This document shows positions 1-11,772 of a stretch of 64,000 nt of DNA, in pieces. The stretch comes from Bugula neritina (Eukaryota > Animalia > Bryozoa). Under the pieces are notes generated by a model that was not told the origin of the DNA, did no database searches, and saw only the letters and a program-made list of their open reading frames with translations. Position numbers and translations under genes: made by a program. The stretch is taken from positions 26,845,504-26,909,503 of the forward strand of contig OZ037765.1 of assembly GCA_964035545.1 (NCBI GenBank), written 5' to 3'. How positions within the stretch are numbered: the first letter of the stretch is position 1; each line of letters starts with the position of its first letter.

Positions 1-183
1 ATAATTTTTAATCAGCATGTATAGCAATTGATACTTATAAGTAAATATTGGTATAGCTTTACATATAATGAACCTAAACTTTGTAACCTTTCCTTTCTCT
101 TTTTTTTTACTAAAAAGCTATAATAAAGAATCTATTATATACAACTTTAATTTTTTGTCTACAATAACTAACCAAATATTTAC

Positions 184-3100
184 CCTATGCAACCTGTCAG
201 CTTCAATTTCATCCAAGAGTCCATCTTCCTTCAGCTTATCTAATGTGTCTCGTATTTTGTTTAGCACCGTCCTAGTAGCTTGTCTTGTCTTCACAGCAAC
301 GGCAACGCCTGGACTGCTTCTTTGTAACAATGCTATATTTTAAAAGAAATAACTCCTGTCTAACAGCAATAGCATTACGGCAATCACACTGTTTAACCAA
401 GTTAGCTATAAATATTTCAGCTATCAGTAATACATTCAACTGACTCATGCACTGCAAAAAGCATGTACGAAGTCGAATACCTAATTCTTTGATGACAGCC
501 AGTCTTATTTTGTCACATCTGTTTTTGAATTTGTCTCTCATGCCGGAATGTTCTACTATATGATCAAGGAGTTGTCTACACTCCTCCTCACCAACCACAA
601 ACCCTCGGCCAACGTCATAGCCAAAGTTAATTTGACTTTCTATTCTTCTGTCAACAGCTTTGAGTATAGCAGGGAGACACGTGATCTATAAAACCAGCTT
701 CACTAGTCTGGATGGTGACCAAAGAACATTCATTGCAATCAGAATATAGAACTATTCAATTGTGTTATGATTTTAGATACAGTTTTCTGTCTAGGAACAT
801 GAAAACAAATATTTGAATGCTAAAATTCAAGGGGAGATAATTACTTAAGAACTAATTAATAAGAAAACTTAACTACATTTCATAGTTCTACTCTCCTACG
901 AAAAAAAAGGTCTCTAAGCTCACTAATTATTTCATTGACTGTTTTGAGCACCTTCAGTTGCCTTCATAAGCTATTCTACTACAAAGGGTAGATTTTTGCA
1001 TAGCAAAATTATACTAGGTAATGTTTTTATTTAACAATGTGTATGACGACACATATTATGTCAGATTTCGCATTTTAAATTAGTCAATTAGATGATCTCT
1101 TATGTCATCCTTTGAAATATCTAATAGGAAATTTCGTCTCTTATAAAATAATGCTTTTATTAGACATCATTTTATGTAAAGATAAATCTTTATGGGTAAT
1201 CACTAGAAGCAGTTTAGGGTGGCTGAGTGCAGAGTTTGTCTAGATATCGTTGTCTCCAAACCCCCAAACCCAAACCACTGCACTCAGTGACCACCAACTT
1301 GGCTCTTTTTCCTAGTTTATGAACTTATGAACTGCAGCTGAATGCTCCTACTCACAAGGAGAACCTCTAAGAGTCTCAGACATCTGGTGATTTGAATAAT
1401 AGCAGCCATCAAGTGATATTGCTGAGCTTCTTCTATCTGATGTATCCGGTACAACCTGGCAGCCTCATAGCAAGCGTACAACTCAGGGTAGGCAGCGAGT
1501 AACAGGATCAGAGCTATGGCATTCCAGAAACTCCTGAAGTATTGCTTGTAACCAAAACCCAGCACCTAATTATAAAAGTAAAATAATTCAACACTTCAAA
1601 AAAAAGATCTGTGCTGATAGAGAGAATCTTGAGATTATGTGTACCTGCTGATACATTTGTTAAAAATGGAATATAAACAAACTTATTTATTTATTATTAT
1701 AAAAAGTCAAGCTGTAACTTTTTATTTGTCAATTTACACTTGCATGTGGTTCTCTCTTGACTGCCATTAAATCACACAACTGATACAAGATTGCATCAAA
1801 AATAATTATACATTTTAGCAGGCAAGTATCTTCAAGCAGAACTTTTTCTCTGAGTTCTGACTTCAACAAAAGCAATTACAAATTCGATCTAAAAACAACT
1901 ACTTGTAATATTTTATTATAAATTAAATACAGGAGTTCACCAAAATTTGCTAAAATAAATTGTAAATGTCTAATATTAAAAAAAATTTATAAAAATAAAA
2001 TACAAATCCAGTTCCACTGACCTTAACAACCAGCTCCATCATAAAGAAAATGGCCAGGTTTAAAGATAACACAAAAAAGATGATATGGTAATTTACACCA
2101 TTTGTATAGGTGAGTAACTGTACAGTCCCAATCACAGCCTGGATAAGTAACACCACCACTGCACTTATCCACAGCATTTTGGATGAGGCAACTTTGAATG
2201 CCAAAGGGTGAGCAGGTTTATAATCTTTAGCTGGTGTTGGTATCACAACGCTACACAGCTTCTTCATGTAGTAACTCTGCAAGTAATATAATATATAATC
2301 TAACTGTGTGCGTATTATTATCATTTGATAGCACTTGTACAGCTTCTACTTGTCGTGTGACAGAAATTGGTGAGCAAAAACTCTTTCAAAGTTCATACAA
2401 AAGTCACAAATATTCAAACTTAACTACTTAATACTTGTTAAAACATAAAGTTATGTTTATGTAGTAAAACCTTTCTGATATCTACATACTTTAGTCCGTA
2501 TTGATTAAACTTAAAGCTCTGTTTTGATTGAGAAATTAAGAGCTGTATATGTCCTTACCATATGATAGCTTCATATTTTACCCACAGTATGCATAAGTTG
2601 ATGGCTGGAAACTATAAAATTAGCTAACAGCAGGCAAGTCTCCCCTTTATTGGAACATTTTAGATTTTATAACTACTAACTTCCAAGTGAGTTTAGTGTT
2701 TTTTTGTTTTGTACAAACCTTGTTCAATAACAGGGAAAAGCTTTGGAGATTTAGACACAACAATCATTTCATTTTCTACATAATATTATATAATTTGGCT
2801 AGGTGGTAGAAGAACTTACTTATAAAAAAATTACTTATAAACCAAATTTTTATAAATATTCATAAGAACTATCACACAATAAACTAATGAGTATGTTCAT
2901 ATCAAACACATTGTCAAAACTATTTACACTCACCACTTTTGGAAAGAGCCGATAAAATCCCTTCATTTTCCAGGAAGTTGTTACGTCCTCCAGTGTGATG
3001 AAAGCACCACGTCTATCCGCTGTTGATTCTGTCAATTCAATAAGTTTTCTCACGGCAGCTCTACCTAATAGCCCATGTTCAAACTGTCTCCAGTATGATA

Positions 3101-6100
3101 CCTAGCAATACCACCCCAATAATCAGTGCATCCGCATCATATAGTTTATTAATTGGAAAGTAAACACAACTAAGTGGCATAAAAACAGATGACACCGAAG
3201 CTATTTTCTTACGAAATTTAATTGTTTGTAAAATAGAATACAAATTAAAGTGATCATGAGGCAAAAATGAAGTTTGATAGAATCATACAAGCAAGTTTAA
3301 AATATCAGTCTATCAAAATTTTCAATTTGATTAGTAATTTTCTGAGTAAAAGATAAAATATTATTAAGACATTGCTTTCTAAATATGACAGTAGCAAGAG
3401 TTAAAAACCAGAATGCAACCTTTTGAGCTTTCAAATATCTTATCCGAGCCTCTTCTTCATATTCTTTGTACTGAGCAGCAGTGAGTTCAGTGTGAATGAG
3501 ACTGCTACAGTCTGGACACACTACCTTGCTCTGGTTGGGGGCGGGTTCTGATAAAGCCACTTTAGTAGATGACTTTCCACTAGTTTCCTTCAATAAAATT
3601 AAGACAACTTAAAACTACATCTAAATATCAGTGAAAATGTTATGAGCAAAATGCTGCAAAATAAAAAGGAAGACACTGTTAATGGGACCAGGTTTTATTC
3701 AACAAGAATTCTATAGCAATCTAGTACAGCTGAAACAGTTTACGCTTAATTTACTGTTATAAATATCAAGTTGTAAATAAAAGAATTATTGCACAATGGT
3801 GACCACTAAGCTTTTCTTAGATAAATGAAAAAAATACTAAACTTAAATCCCATTCTAAGGTAACAAAAAGTGCAATATGCTCAATTAATCATTTTTATGT
3901 AGACAGCAACTTCAACTTTCACTATGCTTATACTTGTTGAAATTGCTAAATCTTATATTTTTAAAATATTCTTTTCTATTATAGAAATATTTAGTAAAAT
4001 TAGAAAAATGTTGCCAAAACCAATCAACAAGTTTATTGTATTTGATGAAGTTATATGGTTAAATTTCTGAAAACTATTTTATACATTAGTTAGTTGTTCA
4101 AGCCTGTATCTGTATAAGTCAGTGTTTCCTTAAGGCCTACCAACTATGTATAGAAATCTGTTGACATAGTCAATCCATTTACATTATCTATTAAAGATGG
4201 TCATCAATATAAAAATTCTATGATATATAAATTACTTATGTAATGGAACAAGTTGTGAACTATACCTTAGCAACTCTATCAGCATAGGGATTCTTGATCT
4301 CACTCATTAGCATCACCACGTCCCAATGAGCGTCTGCTAAGAATCGATCTGACTTCAACTCTGATATCATCGACTTTTGGGTCTCTTCTAAAGCTTTCAC
4401 TGCAGCCGTCACAGCTAGTTTCTTTGCCATTGAAATTTTTGTAAGGCCTAAAATATAGCCTCAACTTTAACGGAATAGTTTTATTTTATCCGCATTGCAC
4501 AAGTGATGTAAGCAATCAGTTTGGTAAAATGCTTACCTAGAACTCCCAGCAGGAATCTCATTGTACATCCATTGATGATCAGAGTCAGCACCACTATGCC
4601 GGCAGCATACATCAAAAACTAAAATTAGATAAAAATACTATCAGTAGTCCAAAAAAATGGCTGATGATGATTATAATATGAATTGTGGGTCCGTATTTCT
4701 TGGGCTCTAAAAGCTATTAAACTGGTCTACAGTATACACTATACAACATAAAAAAAAACAATTTTTTTGAATTATCTTGATGAAAACCAGCAGGTTTTTT
4801 CAAATTCCAAACAAACACAACATTTAGGTTTTGCCAGGTTATGAATTGTTTTTCAAAACCACACTGGGATGAAACACAACTGAATGCCTTAACAGAGCCA
4901 TGGGGCAACACAATCATATAGTACAGTAAGTAATAGGTTTTATATCTATAAATTAGTAAGCATAGAAGAAAAACTCATGATGGAAAATGATAATAAGACT
5001 TACAAAAGCCCGACATCTGACCATGGGTACCTCAAACTATAGCTTTAGTAGAGAGCACACAGGACACTGGCAGACACTAACCTTGTTGCCAATCACATGA
5101 GGATCTAACGTGTCATCTTCGGCTACCAGGAGTGCTAGAGCCAATGAGACGGCTCCTCTCAAAGCTCCCCACCACATCACTATTCCTTTTGACCAATCAA
5201 ATCCATAGCCAAGACATCGTAATAAAGGTGAAAACACCAATAGCGTGATACCTCTAAAAATGATAATCATTATTAAACAATAGGCAGCAGTCACTTGAAT
5301 ATTCCATGCTGCAATACACACTTTCAACAAAGAAATTAATATACAGTAGAACTAACCTGATGACTGTGATTCCTAAATAGAGCACAAAGATATAAAACCA
5401 GTCTTTAGAAGTGTACGAGTTACTGTCCCTGATCTCCCGCAGAGCCAGTTCAGTGATTACAATCCCAACCAGTATGAATATGAGAGTGTTGCTCACAAAC
5501 GCTAGCAAACTCCATTGACTACAACAATTCAATAAATGCAATACATTCTATATAAACTATATAGATATGCTTCGACTTGAAATAGATGGTAAAATAATTC
5601 ATATGCTGCTATCAAATAACAGTGTATAAAAAATAACAGAATTCAGGCCTTGCAAAATAACCTGATGATGCTAAAAAATGTCTCAAATTTGTAGAAACAT
5701 TTCTTCACCTGTGAAGAAATCGCTCCACCTCTGGACTGATACTTGTTTTCTCACTACTCAAAACTGCACCGAGTACAACCACAGCCAACACCCCAGACAC
5801 ACCAAAACCTGCCTCAGCTAAAATTTTAATGTTTCAGCTAAATTATAAACAGTCAACTTTTTTGTAAAGAATTATATGTATTTTTTTAATTTAAAGTTAT
5901 GTGGATTGACTTGAGTTGTCATTATCTAGATATGGAAAGCAATTACAAGTACAATACAATGTAACATTCTGAGTGACATAAGATACATATGACTTACATG
6001 TGCTATATATTTATGGTAAAATGATTTGCATATAGAGTAAGTGAAAAGCAACTTACCCACAAAGTAGGTGATGTATGGAAAAGCAATAGTAATAAGAGTT

Positions 6101-9100
6101 TCTATTACTACGTCATTAAAGATTTTAGAGAGCCAAGCAGAGCAGATTTTCCCCATGATGTAGCCAAGAAGGGTGCCTCCAAACAGCACACGAATAAAGA
6201 AGAGTGTAATATCCGCACCAGTTGCTGAAACAAGATGGTATATCTACCAGTTTTAATCCACCAAAACATGGCGTGCACTTGTGAATGTATTCTAAATAAA
6301 TGGGGTTAAATGAAACAAGAATTTTTGATTGGCAATCACAAGGCAGCTGAAGTAAAGCATAGACAACATGGCCTCTGCGTCATGTCAGCTTTGTGTGTAT
6401 AAAAAAGCTAAAAGCTCATTACACCTTATAATTGAAAGTAACTTAATTGTACATTAAGTAAAGCAGTTTCATGCTTAGTTTTGTTTCTTTAGTAATAAAC
6501 ATCAGTGTAAAACTTATAGCTTTATTTGCTCACAACAAACTTTTCTTATACAAAATTATAAGAATTCAAGAAGATGAACAGCTAAATTTCCTGCAGTAAA
6601 AACCGTTCATCAACGAATCTCAATAGTTTGTCTCTGGGCATGTCACAAGCTCCATAGTAAAGTGTCTAGAGAAATTACTGTCCTTAAATATTGCATAACA
6701 CAAATAATCTATCGATTGCTGTTTATGGCTGAGCCACTTCTATTTAACAGCAAAACATTAAAAACTCAGAATACGATGTTATAGCCAGAAAATGCCACCT
6801 TCGGACCCTTCATAATCTCCTTTTGACATTTTCAAAAAGACTGTAAAGAAGACTAAAGCTGCTCCATCATTCAGTAGTGATTCTCCTTCCAAAAGTATGG
6901 CTAACTTCTTGTCAGTCCCTTTAAGAAAATAGAGTTTAACATTATCTAGCTTACATATCTGTATGCCATTCAATCAGAGTGTATAATTTGTAGACAATAA
7001 CTCAGCATTACATTCATAACTTCCAATGAGTTTTAGAAGAAGATAACATTAGTTACATAATGGACAGAACACATTTTAATTGGTCAAAGATACATAACCT
7101 ACTGCGAATGACGTAAATAAAAATGAGATTTGAAATTTCATAACTACATATAGTTAATGTAAATGCTAAAAATTGAGCCTAAAAACTGAGCAATAGCCCA
7201 TGTAAAATCAGACTACGCAATTCTGAAGTTGTTCTCAGACTAACTAGGCTACAACAGCACTACATTAGCAGGTATATAGCAACAATACATGTAAGATCAG
7301 ACAACTCTACATTGGCCAAGTTGCATTCAGGGTTTTAAAAAACTCAAAGAACGGTCTTCTGATCATTCTACATGTTTCCAGCAGTGAGTGACATATCACG
7401 TTGAAACTATCAACAAGAAAAATTTGAATATAATAATATATCTTATGAGCCAACAACAGTGTTTAGCAAGAGAAAGAAGAGTAGTGGCTAGTAATATAGT
7501 CTATACTGTGCTTACCCAGTTCCTTCAGTGTAGACACAACTGCAAGAGGGTCGGTGGCACTTATAGCTGTTCCAAAGGTCATGGATATGGACCATGGCCA
7601 GTTGTATGGGAATATGTATCTCACTAAAATTCCACTGAGAAAAGCATTAAGCACTACAATAAAATTACAATTTTATAAACTCTATTAATATTTTAAATAA
7701 ACAAATTTTGGAGTCTTGGCTAGATGATTTCTCACATGAAGATATTCCATACTGGTTTTAATATATCATTAAAGTTACGCTAGCAGATAAGTTACAGCAA
7801 TAAATTTCTAAAAAACATTACTTCAAAATATGTCTTAAAAACATCTCATCGAAGCCAACTTCTTACTTTTACACAACATTCAATTTGATAGGGAACACAA
7901 CTCTGCAGTAACGACTGTGAGCACAACCTGATATCTCTAGATGAAGAAAGTGCAATTTTATTGGCCAATTATGCTAATGTTTGCATGATCTCTCACTAGC
8001 ATAATCTCAATGTTGAATACAACTATTTTATTCTTTTAATATCAAGTGAAAAATTAGCAAGATATTAAATGATAATCATGTAACATACTTACTAAAACCT
8101 GGCACAGCCAGTATGACAACTTGAGAGAAAGATTTGATGAGTGTGTGCAGCTCCAAAGCATAGGCGGAGTCAAACACGAGAACAGGCAAGAAGATGTGAA
8201 GCATAAGATGGGGGTCGATGGTGGCGAGGAGAGTATAAGATTTGACAGTGTCTATCAGCACCGACAGCACACCCAGTGCACAGCCCAGAATGAATATGAA
8301 CACCGTAAATGGAAGGTTTGTTTCCTTCAATAGACTTCGTGTCACAGCTAAATATATAAAACATATTTTAGTTTACAAACTATGACTTTGAAAGCTAAAA
8401 CAACCTAAAATATTAACCTCCCGACGCACAGATTAGGCAATAATATAAATATCTATACACAAGTGCAAAATGAAGCTTTGCCTTGAGGCATAAAGCTTAA
8501 TTAATTTGAAATCACAGGGTATTATTAGTAAAAGAACTTTATCATAAAACAACAGATTCTGTTGTTCAAATAATTTAACTGACTAATAAAAAGGTGTTGC
8601 CAGACAATATAAATGTTCATAAACTTTATAAAAACTGAAATTATTTTGATGATTGGTATTTATATTTTTTAAGTTAGAATTGATTCAAGGGGTACATATA
8701 AGTAAAAAGTGAAGTAAAAGTTTTACAGGTTATAAATTATACCAAATTTACAAATCCTTTCATTTTTTGACATAAATATAATATTTCAATTCAACACTGA
8801 TTTGCAAAAGTGTTCCCGTGCTTCAAATTTATTTGTATCTTTATTGTAGAAATAATTATTATTGACGTCAAGTGTTGAGGGGAAAAAACTAGAAAACATG
8901 TTGAGCCCAAGTTGTGTGAATCTTGTTTTGAAAAGCAGCAAAGTTATTGTTTAGGAAAACCACAAGTAAAAAAAACAAATAAGAAATACATCGAAATTTT
9001 TAAAAAATTGGATACATAATAATTATAACAGAGAGCTTTAAAGTTTATGCTCCATGAACAAAAATGTCAAATGCTAACATTGCCTGTTGTCATAGTATCA

Positions 9101-9503
9101 CAAAATCAGTTCTGAAAGATGATTTTCAATGTGTGGTTTTGCAAGATCAACAATATTTTAATATTTTCTTAGTTATTCAATCAAGTAAGATAGCTGTACA
9201 AAGTGGATTAAAACTTGGCTACCCACTGCTTCTACAGCATTTATATGCTGTTTATGCTATTTATACTTATTGATAGGACAAACAAACAAAAACCTAAACA
9301 GTAAACATGATTATAAAATGTTGAATACAAGAGCTTTGAGTAATAATTAGAATAATCTTACCTCCAAACAGACAAGAGACGAATATGAACAGGATAGTTG
9401 ATCCCGAATGTCCAATATCATGGTGAGGGTCTCTGTGCGTGTGATTGGTCAAGTCTGAAAGTTTGTGTGAAACAACTTTTTCTAGATTGAGAGCTTCAAT
9501 CAT
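184..9503 (-). CDS. SLC9C1: Sperm-type voltage-gated Na+/H+ exchanger (SLC9C/sNHE family); 3' end (CNBD) lies beyond the left edge
   Basis: Frame-consistent GT-AG exons: 9503-9362, 8347-8093, 7653-7516, 6918-6799, 6224-6057, 5817-5709, 5518-5357, 5253-5082, 4618-4537, 4447-4266, 3587-3420, 3101-2934, 2276-2022, 1565-1356, 685-481, 332-184. CPA1 motifs IDPHLMLHIFLPVLVFDSAY, SATDPLAVV, LEGESLLNDG, WGALRGAVSLALAL. SLC9C-specific segments SDRFLADAHW, CPDC, SYWRQFEHG, a four-helix voltage-sensor-like region and GYDVGRGFVVGEEE. Confidence 0.92.
1223..1288. repeat. Small inverted repeat (10-bp arms CTGAGTGCAG/CTGCACTCAG) in SLC9C1 intron
   Basis: Perfect 10-bp reverse-complement arms around a spacer containing CCAAAC-like repeats; locally GC-richer than the intron. 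Confidence 0.4.
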
Positions 9504-10189
9504 TTCTAATCAAACTAACTATCAACCCTAAGAGGATTTAGATATGCTTTAAAAAAATCCATGTTGAGTATTAGATATGCCTCTTAATGTGGCAAAGTAC
9601 TAGAATCTACAAAAATAGAGATAGTTATAAATCATAAATACCAAAGACAGAACACATAACAATCATATTTACACAATGTTATACCTATTATAGTTATTAT
9701 TGCTACATTGCATATTTTATGGCATAAGGGCAGTAAATACATTGTATGTTATCAACTACCCACCATTTACTAAATATTTCAAATTAATGAAATAGCCATT
9801 ACTGTGTAAACATTAACTCTTTGTAACTGAATTTTGCAGAGCACATAATTTACTATTAGCTTTGTTGCAGATTAACTTGTTAAAGGCTACCACTAAAGCA
9901 GTACCAGTGCTGCACAGTTGGAACACGCAAGAATATGTTACTACCATATAAAGAAAGGATGACTCCAACTAATAACGTGACACAAGTTAACTATGTGAGA
10001 AACCACTAGAATAGAAATTTAATTTGATCATCTATAGACTGAGAAACACACTGAACTGACTAGAGCTAGTCTTCAAATTGCTGTCAGCACAGGTTTATAC
10101 AGTGTCACTTATAATAGAGTAGCCAGTTACTTTGCAAAGCAGGTATAAGCAAATCAATATAAATCATGCAAAATATGAAACTTAAAAGT

Positions 10190-10745
10190 TTAACTTATAC
10201 GCTAAATTATAGTTATTCCTTATAAGTATAACTTTTACTTATACATTATGATTAAGTTATACTTAGCCTTATACTTATAGTTACACTTTTACTATAACTA
10301 CTAACTACTACTAGAGTTATATTTATACAAGTTTATAGTATTAGTAATAGTATTACTATTAATATTACAGTATTACTATTAATTAGTATTAGTATTAGTA
10401 TTAAATTTACTATTACTATTAGTATTACATTTACTATTAGTACTACTATTAGTATTAGTGTTACTATTACTATTAGTATAACTATAAGTATAAGTTAGTA
10501 TAAATAAGTATAAGTATTACTAATACTTATACTTATACTGTATAAGTATAAGTATTAGTAATGCTTATACTTATTTATACTAACTTATACTTATAGTTAT
10601 ACTAATAGTAATAGTAACACTAATACTAATAGTAGTACTAATAGTAAATGTAATACTAATACTAATAGTAATAGTAATACTGTAATATTAATACTATAAT
10701 AGTAATAGTAATAGTAATACTATTACTATTACTATTAGTATTAGT
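10190..10745. repeat. Periodic AT-rich low-complexity tract ((ANT)n / ACTTAT / AGTATT) containing a long palindrome
   Basis: Runs of agtatt/actatt/aatact/acttat. Inverted arms 10417-10538 and 10540-10661 with one mismatch and a 1-nt loop. Confidence 0.9.
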
Positions 10746-10769
10746 GAGACTCAGACTGTAAGTGTATTA

Positions 10770-11170
10770 CCTGTGGCTGTTGGTTTGAAAATGAAAAACT
10801 CATAGTCATTGCCGTAAATTTGACTTGTATATGCAAACAGCTCAAGTATCAAAATTATCATCAGCTTGCGCTGAATATACAGACAGCATACTTAGAGTTG
10901 GTAAAATAATTGCAAGTTCAGACTGGTTCATTGTGATTTGCGAGTCTTGAAGTCATTTATCATGCAGCACTATATTAACGGAAGTTGACTGGAAAGTGTT
11001 TTAATTTTAACCGCCAAAGCTTTGCACGCGCCAAGTAGCGCTTGATATTATTGTGCGGAATGGATATTGCTGTAAATTTTATCCATTCTATCTAACTTCC
11101 GGCAGCGTGCGTTTGCAGTCCTTTCATTCACGTTTTCGGTGCTTTACAAGGTGGTGACCTGGTACTTTGG
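10770..11170. promoter_or_regulatory. Putative bidirectional promoter of SLC9C1 (-) and FKBP (+)
   Basis: CpG-retaining patch (gcacgcgcc, gtagcgc, cggcagcgtgcg). ETS-like ACGGAAGT (~10978) and ACTTCCGG (~11095). Bounded by outward-facing donor-like sites: minus CAG|GTAATA near 10770 and plus TTG|GTAAGT near 11169. Confidence 0.6.
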
Positions 11171-11267
11171 TAAGTCGCTGGCTTTCTCAATATTCTCTAA
11201 TATAATATTGAATTTTGACTTCTTGCTCATCATGATCATTTTACAATTTAGCACACACTTGTTATTG

Positions 11268-11670
11268 ATTAGTATAAGTATTACTATTCATATTATATTA
11301 ATTATTACTATTACGGTATTACTATTACTATTAGTAAATATTAAGTATCTGTAAGTGTATAACTATACTTATAGTATAAGTTATTAAGTATAACTAATAC
11401 TATAGTAATACTAATACTAATAGTATAAGTATTACTATTAGTATTACTATTATTATTAGAATCAGTATTAAGTTTAACTATTACTATTAGTATTACTATT
11501 ATTAATAGTTAAAATTATTAACTAATAGAGTAATACTAATAGTAGCCTAATAGTAATACTTATACAGTAAATGTAATAGTATTAAGTACTATTACTAATA
11601 CTAATAGTATTAGTATTATTATTGTAATCGTTATAATAATAATACTAATACTAATAGAGTTCAACTAACA
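11268..11670. repeat. Periodic AT-rich (ANT)n low-complexity tract in FKBP 5'UTR intron
   Basis: Repeated agtatt/actatt/aatact/agtaat units. Confidence 0.85.
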
Positions 11671-11772
11671 CTTTAGACTTGGTTTTTTTACTTTTAGTTT
11701 TTCCCATTACTAATTACATATCTATTTCTAAAGACACAACCAACAGGCAAATCAACTCTACAGAAAGTCAGA

